Of a stretch of 64,000 bases of DNA, positions 48,615 through 57,889 are shown piece by piece. The notes under the pieces are model-generated. The model made no database searches. It had not been told where the DNA came from and was given only the letters and a program-made list of their open reading frames with translations. Both the position numbers and the translations under genes were made by a program. Each line of letters begins with the position of its first letter. Position 1 is the stretch's first letter. The DNA comes from a virus, in IMG/VR virus record IMGVR_UViG_3300017788_004205, positions 22,813 through 86,812 of that record; one strand, given 5' to 3'.

Positions 48615-49634
48615 ATGCCTAAATATATTAAAACATACAAACAATTTGAATCTGTAACGGACGATGCTAAGAAATTTGTCTACAAGACATTGGGCATAGC
48701 TAAAAGAGATTTGTATGCTAATAGCGATGAAATGAAGGAAATTGAGAAGGTAAAACAATACTATAAATGGTGGTATTCAAATCCAGCTGTTATTTCAAAG
48801 ATTGATGTTGCAAAGGGATTAGATAAAACAATTATCTCTAAAAAAATATTAGAGTTCATAGATAAAAAACTCATCCCATCTGAATTTAGGATATTTAGAA
48901 GTAAAGAAGCTGAACAACAATATAATGAGATTTATAATAATACATCAAAAGTAGAGCCAGGTTCAACCCTTGGTTGGATTTATGACACATCTGAACCTAT
49001 TTTTATAAGGATGTATAGAATCAAAGAAACTAATAGCGATTTTTTTGGAAGTATATTACACGAGATGGCTCATTTAATACAAAAGTATGCAGGCGAAGAG
49101 CTATTTAGTAATTTACACAATCCAACTATGCCGAAGGGTTCTTATGGAACAGATTCTATAAAATATGGTTTGTTTTTACCACCATTAGACCCAAATCGTA
49201 GTAATAAGCCTTATGTTGAAAGAGAGATAGAGCAATTCGCAAGATTTCATGTTATGAGATATTACTTTGGAATTAAACCAAATGATAGTTGTAATCAAAT
49301 TTATGATAAAATTAAAACATCTATAAATAGTGGTAAATTCAATGATAAAAATAAGATGAAAGTTATAACTATAGGGGGTAATTCTTATTTGCTAATAGGT
49401 TATATCAACGCTGAAGATACGAATGAGAATTTTTGGTGGTATCTACAAAATTACAGTAGAAAGAGCGTCCAGTTACAAAAAATCGCAGGGTGGCAAAATG
49501 CAGAAGGGATTGATATGAAAGACTTTAGTAAAGTTTTGAGAAAATACCCTATGTTCATGGAACTTGATGTTATATGCCACGACCATCAGAATATTGTATC
49601 TAATTTTGATTTTGAAGAAAAGAATCTCGCTTAA
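48615..49634 (+). CDS. Putative HEXXH zinc metallopeptidase with a CTS-like start
   Basis: MPKYIKTYKQFES; SILHEMAHLIQ; Y...EIEQFAR. Confidence 0.7.
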   Translation: MPKYIKTYKQFESVTDDAKKFVYKTLGIAKRDLYANSDEMKEIEKVKQYYKWWYSNPAVISKIDVAKGLDKTIISKKILEFIDKKLIPSEFRIFRSKEAEQQYNEIYNNTSKVEPGSTLGWIYDTSEPIFIRMYRIKETNSDFFGSILHEMAHLIQKYAGEELFSNLHNPTMPKGSYGTDSIKYGLFLPPLDPNRSNKPYVEREIEQFARFHVMRYYFGIKPNDSCNQIYDKIKTSINSGKFNDKNKMKVITIGGNSYLLIGYINAEDTNENFWWYLQNYSRKSVQLQKIAGWQNAEGIDMKDFSKVLRKYPMFMELDVICHDHQNIVSNFDFEEKNLA

Positions 49635-49655
49635 TTCTGTGAATTAAAAAAATCC

Positions 49656-51077
49656 TTACAATACAACCTCACCTTTGATATATGACTTATTTCTTATTTG
49701 ACCTTCTGTGAATTTTGCGTTTGAACGTTGGTCAAATATGTATAAATCCTTTCCGATTTCAGTTGCTAAACCATCTAAATTTTTTAGTTCATTTTCTTGA
49801 ATGCAATACATTCCAGTTACAATTTCAGGCCCGCCTTTGAGAGTTGTTAAATAACAATCAGATGCTACAAAATCACCTTTTATGATACGGGGACAACCTT
49901 CTAAGGAATCTAAATGATTTGAATCGAGAAATAAACTACCTGTTATTTCATTAGGTAAACCATCGAGGCTTCTGAGTCTATTGTTATTGAGAGTAACATT
50001 TCCTTTAATGAATCTAAATGTAACTGGTATCATAGTAAGATTATAAAACATGTAAGTTATGTCACTATATGCTAATACAGATAAGTCATTATTTATTTCA
50101 TACCAATCACAATTTATAATCCGCATAAATTCATCAACTTCTTCTCTTGTCTCTGCTTTTCTGAAGTTATACCAATTCAAACTAACTCTTGGTTGATATG
50201 TTCCTGTTGCATTTCTTAATTCTCTATATTCTTCTTTTTTTGGCATTACATTGTGAAGAACGCCATCGTCTGTTAAATAAAAGAATGTATCTAAATAAGG
50301 ATAAGTATCGAATTCAAATTTATTCAATGTTATCGTATAATCCTTAGAGAACTCTTTTCCATTACTCATAAACAAATGAGAGTGAATAGGTTTAGAATCA
50401 TCTTTTGCTCTATAAACTATTTTATTTTCATCTGCCCAATCTCGCAATACATTCTTTAGCTCAGGTTCTGTTGAATAGATTTTATCCATAACAATATCGC
50501 CTTCATCTGTATTCCAAATCAATGCTCTTGCTCTTATTTTAGATTCTTCGTTTGTAATTATAACGCAACCTACTTTATCGGGATTTTTTACATATATGTT
50601 TAAGTAAGGTTGACATTCTTCGCCCCTCATACAATTCATTTCCATATCCCCCTTTTCTGATTCATAGTTTGATTTAAGATATGTTATTTTAATATCTTCA
50701 CCTTTCACTATAACTGGTGTTGTAGTTTCTTTTACAGATGTTGCTTTGTAAGCAGTCACAAAGTCAGAAACATCTTCTTGGGTAAAGTTAGCGTTTATTT
50801 TTCGTATGAGTTTACCTATCTTCACAATATCAGAAGGGTTTACAGGTCTGTTTGCCCTTTTTATATTTACTTCATCGGATTTTTCAGTTGCTATTATTTT
50901 TTCAGTATCTCTCAAATCACTATCAGTTTGGATATACTTATTATCATCCATCATATTTACAATAGATGATGATATAGGATGATTTATTTTTTTAAGTCTA
51001 TCTACAAAACTATCATCTAATTGTACTAATGACTCTAATAGTCTATAAAGTTCAAATGAATTAAAATTGCCTATCAT
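49656..51077 (-). CDS. Phage protein with C-terminal LRR-like repeats; CTS-like start
   Basis: MIGNFNSFELYRLLES; NCMRG..RARALIW..MDKIY..PYLDTF; L.SL.G.P..I.G repeats. Confidence 0.7.
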   Translation of the reverse strand: MIGNFNSFELYRLLESLVQLDDSFVDRLKKINHPISSSIVNMMDDNKYIQTDSDLRDTEKIIATEKSDEVNIKRANRPVNPSDIVKIGKLIRKINANFTQEDVSDFVTAYKATSVKETTTPVIVKGEDIKITYLKSNYESEKGDMEMNCMRGEECQPYLNIYVKNPDKVGCVIITNEESKIRARALIWNTDEGDIVMDKIYSTEPELKNVLRDWADENKIVYRAKDDSKPIHSHLFMSNGKEFSKDYTITLNKFEFDTYPYLDTFFYLTDDGVLHNVMPKKEEYRELRNATGTYQPRVSLNWYNFRKAETREEVDEFMRIINCDWYEINNDLSVLAYSDITYMFYNLTMIPVTFRFIKGNVTLNNNRLRSLDGLPNEITGSLFLDSNHLDSLEGCPRIIKGDFVASDCYLTTLKGGPEIVTGMYCIQENELKNLDGLATEIGKDLYIFDQRSNAKFTEGQIRNKSYIKGEVVL

Positions 51078-52411
51078 GAATATTTTTTGATTTTTCTTTT
51101 TATTCTAATAACTTCTGTTCTATCATCCATTTTACAAAGGTCAGAAATTTGACCAGAGCGTATAATACAGCCTTTAACCACCCCATTAATTGTTCTTGAA
51201 CCGTTTTCGATATAACAATTATCTATGGTTGTTTTTACTCCCATTTCAGTTCTTGTGATTTTAGAATCATACACTTTATTGCTCATTATGAGTTCACAAT
51301 CCTCCAAATGAGATTTTTCTATTTTGCAACTCCAAAGGTTACAATCTTCAATTATCCCAGAAATTGTGCAGTTCACTAAATCAACATCTCTAATTAAAAA
51401 TGAATCTTTGAATGAAGCATCTTTTACTTGCATCCTTGATACTTCTGTATCATAATTGATAAGTGCTTTTGTAACACCACCGAAAAGAATCAAATCAAAG
51501 AGTTTATCTTTCAACATAGGAAAGTAAGATTTCAAGACTTCTTTATCTCCCTTCAAATCAACAAAAAGCTTAATATTAGGATACTTCAAGAAAAATGTAT
51601 CTAAGTTTGTAAATGCTCCAACATAGTTTTTATGTTCTTTCATTATCTTATTTAATGTAATTAGATTTTCCTCATCATATGCAGGATTATCCAAACATTT
51701 AAATAAAGTCAAAGCATTGTATTCGAGAATTTCAAGAATCTCATCTGATTTTTTCTCATAACCAGCTCCACCTATTGACCTGAACTCTAAATAGTTGTTT
51801 TTAATTTTATCGAAATTCACCGAATAATACTTTGTATTTGGTGTGATATACATATCTTTTGAAATTCCCTTTATCTCATCAAAAGTCATAAATCTATTTA
51901 CAGGATAAACTTGCTTTATTCCTCTTGCATAGATGTTATTTTCTCTATGTGGGAAAAATTTGAAGATTTCAGATTCATCATATGATAAGATAAACTTTAA
52001 TTTATCTAAGTGTGATAGTTTACATGCCAATTTTACATAAAACTCATCAAATGAAATATTAATATGAAGACCGCATTTTTCTGTTGTCCATCCATTTTCT
52101 TCAACCCATCGTAAAACTCTTTTGAGAACCATTCTTGCTTCTGTATAAGGAAGTGGCCCAGTTACAAGCTCTTTCATTTTATAACCACCTGAAAAATCTG
52201 GTATTATTCTAAAAAGATTTGCAGTTGGCTTTGAGCTTGCGCCCATTTTTGACTTTTTATCTATAACCTTGCCTCTACCTAAAACAATTTTAGGTTCTAA
52301 AGCCTTTGAAAGTTCTCTTGCGGTTTCTTGTCTGTCGAAATTTGTGAAAAACTCAAATTCGAAGCCTATTCTGCAAGCACTTAATGCCTTTTGTTTTTTT
52401 AAGTCGTCCAT
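51074..52411 (-). CDS. Putative amidoligase (COOH-NH2 ligase) with a C-terminal beta-helix-like region
   Basis: IGFEFEF, ELVTGPL, CGLHINISF, KYYSVN, YLEFR; start MDDLKK at 52411. Confidence 0.75.
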   Translation of the reverse strand: MDDLKKQKALSACRIGFEFEFFTNFDRQETARELSKALEPKIVLGRGKVIDKKSKMGASSKPTANLFRIIPDFSGGYKMKELVTGPLPYTEARMVLKRVLRWVEENGWTTEKCGLHINISFDEFYVKLACKLSHLDKLKFILSYDESEIFKFFPHRENNIYARGIKQVYPVNRFMTFDEIKGISKDMYITPNTKYYSVNFDKIKNNYLEFRSIGGAGYEKKSDEILEILEYNALTLFKCLDNPAYDEENLITLNKIMKEHKNYVGAFTNLDTFFLKYPNIKLFVDLKGDKEVLKSYFPMLKDKLFDLILFGGVTKALINYDTEVSRMQVKDASFKDSFLIRDVDLVNCTISGIIEDCNLWSCKIEKSHLEDCELIMSNKVYDSKITRTEMGVKTTIDNCYIENGSRTINGVVKGCIIRSGQISDLCKMDDRTEVIRIKRKIKKYS

Positions 52412-52438
52412 GGTGGAATATTTTTTTAGAACTTTCAG

Positions 52439-52456
52439 TATATATCCCGATATATA
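52439..52456. promoter_or_regulatory. Back-to-back divergent GATATATA motifs
   Basis: TATATATC-CC-GATATATA; the minus copy is 35 nt before the amidoligase start and the plus copy faces gp32. Confidence 0.65.
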
Positions 52457-52522
52457 CATTTAATTCAATTAAAGGAAAAAAATTGATGAAAATCGGGCCC
52501 GAAAAAAAATTTTCGTCACTCA

Positions 52523-52551
52523 TTGAACTTTTTTGAATTCAAGTGTATAAC
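52523..52551 (+). promoter_or_regulatory. Sigma70-like promoter TTGAAC-N17-TATAAC
   Basis: Exact 17-nt spacer, upstream of the SSB gene. Confidence 0.65.
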
Positions 52552-52633
52552 AGATACAAGTAAGTATATGCGTATATCTGCCGAAAGGCGAAGTTTTGCA
52601 TAATTTTCTAAAAATAACTCAAAGGAAGGCTTT

Positions 52634-53581
52634 ATGAGTAAAAGTGGCTTCGACATCTTTGATTTCTCAACAGATGATATCAAAGATGCAACAAGTGTCG
52701 GTTCTCTCGATTTGGATTTATACAAACCTACTCCAGAGAACGGGCGAAATGGTAGTTATAGTTCTATCGTTCGTTTTATCCCATGGTGGAAAGACTCTAA
52801 AAACTCTATCGTTAAAAAGTGGACTGTTTTTCTTGAAGACCCAGTTTCTGGTAAAAAGAGAACTCTCGACTGCCCCTCAACTGTAAATGAAAAATCTGTT
52901 CTTCGTGACATGTTTTTCAAACTTTACAAGTCCAATTCTGTAAGAGAGAAAGAATTAGCTGAAAAGTTCAAGCGTAAAAGAGCTTGTTATTCTCTCATTT
53001 ATATCATCAAAGATGAAAATCGCCCAGAACTTGAAGGAAAAATCATGATTCTTCGTTTTGGTCAAAAGATTCTTGATAAGATTATGAATGAAATGGCACC
53101 CCCATTGGGTGGCAGACCACGCAAACCATTCGACCCATTTACAGGTCGCCCATTCTCTCTGATTGTTACCAAAAAGGGAGGATATGCAAACTATGATGAT
53201 TCTTACTTCTTGGATGAGGCATGGCCTCTCCGAATAAATGGCGAAGAGATTGACAGAGATGAGATTAAGCCAGAAGAAATCGTCAAGTGGCTTGAAACAA
53301 ATAGCCCAAATCTTGAAACTCATTATTACAAGAAATGGGATGAACAAACTGTTGAATTCGTTAATGAAGCAATTAAGAACACGGTTCCAAATGGCAGAAT
53401 TATCGAAGAAACGATTTCAACAAGTAAGAGCAAGCCTGCTACTGAAAAGAAAGTTTCAACCAAATCTGTTGATTCATCAGCAGTAAGCATCGAAGATGAC
53501 ATTGTTTCTCCAAGTGACAATGAAATCAATTTTGATGATGATGATGATGATTTCTACAAGGGTCTCGAAGATGATGATTGA
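52634..53581 (+). CDS. Single-stranded DNA-binding protein (T4 gp32-like)
   Basis: SIVRFIP, CPST, EGKIMILRFGQKILDKI, PFDPFTG..F.L, GYANYDDSYF, acidic tail. Confidence 0.9.
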   Translation: MSKSGFDIFDFSTDDIKDATSVGSLDLDLYKPTPENGRNGSYSSIVRFIPWWKDSKNSIVKKWTVFLEDPVSGKKRTLDCPSTVNEKSVLRDMFFKLYKSNSVREKELAEKFKRKRACYSLIYIIKDENRPELEGKIMILRFGQKILDKIMNEMAPPLGGRPRKPFDPFTGRPFSLIVTKKGGYANYDDSYFLDEAWPLRINGEEIDRDEIKPEEIVKWLETNSPNLETHYYKKWDEQTVEFVNEAIKNTVPNGRIIEETISTSKSKPATEKKVSTKSVDSSAVSIEDDIVSPSDNEINFDDDDDDFYKGLEDDD

Positions 53582-53605
53582 TATTTTTAATTATCAATAA
53601 TCACG

Positions 53606-53650
53606 GGGTATAAGGGAGATTCATTTCTCTTATACCCTTCTTATTTTTTA
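53606..53650 (+). terminator. Rho-independent terminator
   Basis: GGGTATAAGGGAGA..TTCTCTTATACCC followed by a T-rich run. Confidence 0.7.
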
Positions 53651-53660
53651 GGAGAAAAAA

Positions 53661-54782
53661 ATGTTTGATGTTCCTCTTATGAGCTATAAATTTGAACCAC
53701 AAAAAGAACTAACAAAAGAAGATGTTAGGGTATTTGTTGAAGATATCCTCAAAGAGCTTTTTGTGAGTGGCTCAAAAGTTAAAATAGATGAATATGACGA
53801 TAGATGGAATTTTGCATGTCCTTTTTGTGGAGACTCGCACACTGACCATAATAAGAAAAGAGGAAATATATACCTTAATGATTTCCACTTTCATTGTTTT
53901 AATTGTGGAGAGCATTCAACTCTTTCTTGGTTTATGAAAAAATTTGAACGGGATGTAAAATCAGGTCAGATTTTAAGTTTCGTTGAAAAAAGCAAAGCCC
54001 TAAGCGGAGATACTGGATTTCATTCAAGAAACTCTGAGAAAGTCTCTGAGATATTTGGCGAAGAAATACTCGAATTCGCCATACCCATAGGTGTTTTCTT
54101 TGAAAAACTAAACTTGATTAAAATAGAACAAACTAAAAGAGGAATGGCTTATCTTCTACAAAGAGAGCAAAAAGATTTTTCAAATTTTGCTTGGGATGAA
54201 AAAAGAACGCTTCTTTATGTCTTAAATTTAACAGCAGATAAGAAAAAAGTCTTAGGTTATCAAGTTAGAAGATTCTCAGATTCTGGGCCGAAATATCTGA
54301 CATACGAAATGTCAGCTATGTATAAAGAATTGAATCTCCATTTAGATGAAGAATTAGCTAAAAGATTTGATTCCCTATCAACTATTTTTGGCTGTATGTC
54401 AATTAATTTATCTCAGACGATAACTATATTTGAAGGCCCTTTGGATTCTTTTTTAATGCCTAACTCAATAGCGTTGAGTTCTTTGCAAAAGAAACCTCCA
54501 TTTTTAACAAAAATGACAAGGTTTATGTTTGATTACGATAAACCAGGTATAGAAAAATCTATAAGTTACCTAAAAGAAGGTCTTACTGTTTTCATGTGGT
54601 CTAAGTTCTTTTTAGAGACAAGAGGACTTGAAATCTTCTTGGATAAGCAAAAGGTTGATTTTTCTGATGTTATTATGTATGCGAAAAAACATAATTTAAA
54701 AATTGACTATAATAGTTACTTTACAAACAATTATCTTAATGCTTTATGTATTGGCAAGACTCAGAAAAAGAAAAAGATTTAG
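53661..54782 (+). CDS. DNA primase (T4 gp61-like)
   Basis: Zn ribbon NFACPFCGDS..KKRG..HCFNCG; TOPRIM IFEGPLDS and FDYD. Confidence 0.9.
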   Translation: MFDVPLMSYKFEPQKELTKEDVRVFVEDILKELFVSGSKVKIDEYDDRWNFACPFCGDSHTDHNKKRGNIYLNDFHFHCFNCGEHSTLSWFMKKFERDVKSGQILSFVEKSKALSGDTGFHSRNSEKVSEIFGEEILEFAIPIGVFFEKLNLIKIEQTKRGMAYLLQREQKDFSNFAWDEKRTLLYVLNLTADKKKVLGYQVRRFSDSGPKYLTYEMSAMYKELNLHLDEELAKRFDSLSTIFGCMSINLSQTITIFEGPLDSFLMPNSIALSSLQKKPPFLTKMTRFMFDYDKPGIEKSISYLKEGLTVFMWSKFFLETRGLEIFLDKQKVDFSDVIMYAKKHNLKIDYNSYFTNNYLNALCIGKTQKKKKI

Positions 54783-54976
54783 AATCATTTTATCTTGAAA
54801 TTCCAGAAGAAAAGTTGCTTTACCCTATTGATTTAGAGTGGGGTATAAATGATTCTATTCCAAAATCTCTCAGAATTCCTGATAGATTGAGTATAGATTT
54901 GCAAAAAAGCAAAAAAGAAGAAGTTGAGATTAAAGAAGTAAATCTTAAAAAATATAAAAAGAGGACAATCAGATAA
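54746..54976 (+). CDS. Small hypothetical protein
   Basis: 76-aa ORF between primase and UvsY, coupled to the UvsY start. Confidence 0.55.
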   Translation: MYWQDSEKEKDLESFYLEIPEEKLLYPIDLEWGINDSIPKSLRIPDRLSIDLQKSKKEEVEIKEVNLKKYKKRTIR

Positions 54977-55482
54977 TGGAAAATAATGAAGATTATTTTG
55001 ATGTGGAAGATATTAGTGATAATGATTCTTCTGAGCGGTCTTCTTTAAGTGAAGAAAAGAAAAATTCTTTCGCTGATGAATTTGAAGATGAGCGTAAACT
55101 TTGGAAAGATAAAGTTATTGACATGGCAAATAGAGTCAATAAACTAAATGAAGTAGCAGGTCTTCAAGTTGATTTATACTCTTCAAGGCAAATTATCATT
55201 GAAAGAATAGCTAAACTCTATAAATATTTATCAGCTTACAATGCTCTCTATAAGTCCAATAAAAAGGACTTGTTCATCAAATATACAGTAGATTCTGATA
55301 TAAAATTGGGACAAGGAGAGAAAACAATCATGGTTGAAGGTGATTTATCAGGTCTTCAAGAAAAGATAAATTTAATTGAACAACACATAGATTATTACAA
55401 GGAAACAGTTAAAAACCTTGATTCTATGCTTTATGGAGTGAGAAATAAACTACAAATTGAGCAGTTTTTGAGCGGTAAATGA
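54976..55482 (+). CDS. uvsY: Recombination mediator (UvsY-like)
   Basis: Coiled-coil, GD..L..I...IDYYKETVKNLDSM.Y.VRN.LQ.EQFL; close to UvsW. Confidence 0.6.
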   Translation: MENNEDYFDVEDISDNDSSERSSLSEEKKNSFADEFEDERKLWKDKVIDMANRVNKLNEVAGLQVDLYSSRQIIIERIAKLYKYLSAYNALYKSNKKDLFIKYTVDSDIKLGQGEKTIMVEGDLSGLQEKINLIEQHIDYYKETVKNLDSMLYGVRNKLQIEQFLSGK

Positions 55483-55502
55483 TAAATTTGCTAAAAAATT
55501 TT

Positions 55503-55510
55503 GATATATA
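55503..55510 (+). promoter_or_regulatory. GATATATA candidate late promoter
   Basis: 56 nt upstream of ATG 55559; would also read into uvsW. Confidence 0.6.
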
Positions 55511-55558
55511 GAATCTGAGTTTCTATACGAAGAATAAAAAAATAAACAAAAGTTTACT

Positions 55559-55771
55559 ATGAAAAAGAACGAAACTTCCATGCAACAGGGCGAAAGTCCA
55601 ATTAAGCTCGAAACAACAGATGCTAATAAAGTTGCAAATAGCATCGGTAAGAATATGGGATATTTCCATAAGACTCCTAAGTCAGAGCTTATGAACTATG
55701 ATGAGTTTGTTAAGGCATCCTCTACACTCGCTCCTGCTATGACAAAAGATGAGAAAAATGCAAAGATTTAA
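55559..55771 (+). CDS. Small late protein with an internal CTS-like peptide
   Basis: ELMNYDEFVK near the C-terminus. Confidence 0.6.
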   Translation: MKKNETSMQQGESPIKLETTDANKVANSIGKNMGYFHKTPKSELMNYDEFVKASSTLAPAMTKDEKNAKI

Positions 55772-55793
55772 GTAATATTCTCGGAATTTTTGA

Positions 55794-57317
55794 ATGCTTG
55801 TTAAACTGATGGATAATAAGAACTTTCTACAAGTTGTAGAATGTTCCGATGTAGAATTCAAGCAACTTCAATTTTCTTTTAGAAAAAAGATAAAAAATTG
55901 GAGATTCCATCCACAAGTAAAACGTAAATTGTGGGATGGATATATGACATTCATGGATTCTGCTGGTAGGATGCCAGTAGGTTTATGGAATGAACTAATC
56001 GAGGTATGTAAAGAACATGGCTTTGCTGTAAATTTCGAAGATTTTGATTTATTTAGGTCGCCTTACACTAAGGAAGAATTTCTTGCTTGGGTTGAGGCGA
56101 CTTCTTTTTTTGATAAAAAGGGGAATAAAATAGAACCAAGAGATTATCAGGTAAGTTCAGTTTGGGCAATCTTAAAATATAAATACTCTATATCAGAAAT
56201 AGCCACGAGTGCTGGTAAAACTCTTATCATGTATATGGTTATGGCTTTCTTGAGGCATAAAGGATTGCTTAAACGAATGCTTATAATTGTTCCGAACATT
56301 TCTCTTATTATACAGACATATGAAGATTTTCAAGATTATTCTAATAAAGATTCAAGTTTGAAACTTCAAATGATTTCTGGAGAAACTTCAAAAATTTTGG
56401 ATGAAAATACTCAGATTGTCATAGGAACATTCCAATCTCTTGTTAAGCAAGAACCTCAATTTTTCGAAGGATTTGATGCTGTTTGTGTAGATGAAGCTCA
56501 TTTTACACAAGCAAAATCAGTTAAAGAAACACTCGCCAAATGTAGAAATGTTGTGTATAGATTTGGTCTTTCTGGAACTTTGGAAAAAGATGATTTTGCA
56601 GAACGCTTAACACTTCAGGCTTATTTAGGGCCTATGATAAATAAGGTTTCTGCTGAATTTCTTTTTAAGAATAAATATGCTACACCTGTTCAAGTTAAGG
56701 TTATAAAACTCAACTATATGGATGATGATATAAGAGAAAAGCTCTCTGAAATTAGAAAAAGAAGAACAAGCGTAGATGGGGTAAAAATCTTAGATATTGA
56801 AAGAAAACTTGTTATCGAATCTGATAAAAGACTGAACTATATTTGCGATTTGGTGAATAAGACTACAAAAAATACTCTTGTTCTTTTCCACAATGTAAAA
56901 GCAGATTATGGTAAAAAAATGCAAGAGCGACTTTTTGAGCTATCAAAAGAGAAGGATGTTTTTTACATTGACGGAGAAACAGATGTAGAAAAAAGAGAGT
57001 ATTTCAAGCAATTTCTTGAAGAAGGTGAAAACAAAGTTTTAATTGCTTCTTTTGGGACATTCTCAACAGGTATAAGCGTTAAAAACATACATAACATAGT
57101 CTTTGCTGAATCTTTTAAGTCAGATAAGATTATTCGTCAATCAATCGGTAGAGGTATGCGTTTACATGAAAGCAAAACCAAAACCAATATTATAGATATT
57201 TGTGATGACTTCTCATATAATGGAGATAAGAATTTCCTTATAAGGCATATGGAAAAAAGATTGGAAATATATGATAGCCAAGGGTTTCCGTATAAAGTAT
57301 ATGCAGTTGATTTGTGA
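55794..57317 (+). CDS. uvsW: UvsW SF2 DNA helicase
   Basis: WDG, PRDYQ, ATSAGKT, VDEAH, GLSGT, FSTGISVKNIHN, QSIGRGMR. Confidence 0.92.
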   Translation: MLVKLMDNKNFLQVVECSDVEFKQLQFSFRKKIKNWRFHPQVKRKLWDGYMTFMDSAGRMPVGLWNELIEVCKEHGFAVNFEDFDLFRSPYTKEEFLAWVEATSFFDKKGNKIEPRDYQVSSVWAILKYKYSISEIATSAGKTLIMYMVMAFLRHKGLLKRMLIIVPNISLIIQTYEDFQDYSNKDSSLKLQMISGETSKILDENTQIVIGTFQSLVKQEPQFFEGFDAVCVDEAHFTQAKSVKETLAKCRNVVYRFGLSGTLEKDDFAERLTLQAYLGPMINKVSAEFLFKNKYATPVQVKVIKLNYMDDDIREKLSEIRKRRTSVDGVKILDIERKLVIESDKRLNYICDLVNKTTKNTLVLFHNVKADYGKKMQERLFELSKEKDVFYIDGETDVEKREYFKQFLEEGENKVLIASFGTFSTGISVKNIHNIVFAESFKSDKIIRQSIGRGMRLHESKTKTNIIDICDDFSYNGDKNFLIRHMEKRLEIYDSQGFPYKVYAVDL

Positions 57318-57318
57318 T

Positions 57319-57888
57319 TTAACCGTTTTTTGATACTTTTTCTTTGATTATATGTTTTAGAGTTTCTTTTGGAATATCATATTCCAATTCTAATTCCCAA
57401 GTCCATGTATTAGTATATTCCACCCCAATATCTTTGAGCATGATATATCGTTTATCTTCTTCGAGGGTATAGCTTAAAAATATCCCAGCTCTTGAATTTG
57501 GCATAATAATATTAATCGTTCCATCGCTTGAATCTGGCTTAAAATCAATAGTATCTAAGAGAATATTCCATCTTTTACCGCCTTCTATCAGAAGAGTTTT
57601 AAGCATAGGGAGGGCAATTTCCAAGATTTCAGGATTTGGGAGGTTTTCTATAAAAAATGAATTTTCAGGATTATCGTAAAACGAAATCCTTTTTGTATAG
57701 GAAATTTGCTCAATATCTCTAACTAATTTCATCAAATCTTTCAAAAAAGGCATAAAATTATTTCCGAAAAATTCTTTTCTTATTTTAGAAGAAAATTGAT
57801 GTAGGATATATACTTTGTATTCTAAATCATGATTCTCAGAAAAAACTATTTTTTCCCAGAACTCACTTAAATTTAAGGTAAAAGCCAT
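57319..57888 (-). CDS. Hypothetical protein
   Basis: 189-aa ORF filling the gap. Confidence 0.6.
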   Translation of the reverse strand: MAFTLNLSEFWEKIVFSENHDLEYKVYILHQFSSKIRKEFFGNNFMPFLKDLMKLVRDIEQISYTKRISFYDNPENSFFIENLPNPEILEIALPMLKTLLIEGGKRWNILLDTIDFKPDSSDGTINIIMPNSRAGIFLSYTLEEDKRYIMLKDIGVEYTNTWTWELELEYDIPKETLKHIIKEKVSKNG

Positions 57889-57889
57889 A

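Noticed and set aside
52480-52595. Hammerhead-like fragments (TGATGA, GCCGAAAGGCGAA)
   Set aside because: The core elements are not arranged with the required three stems; kept only as a structured leader
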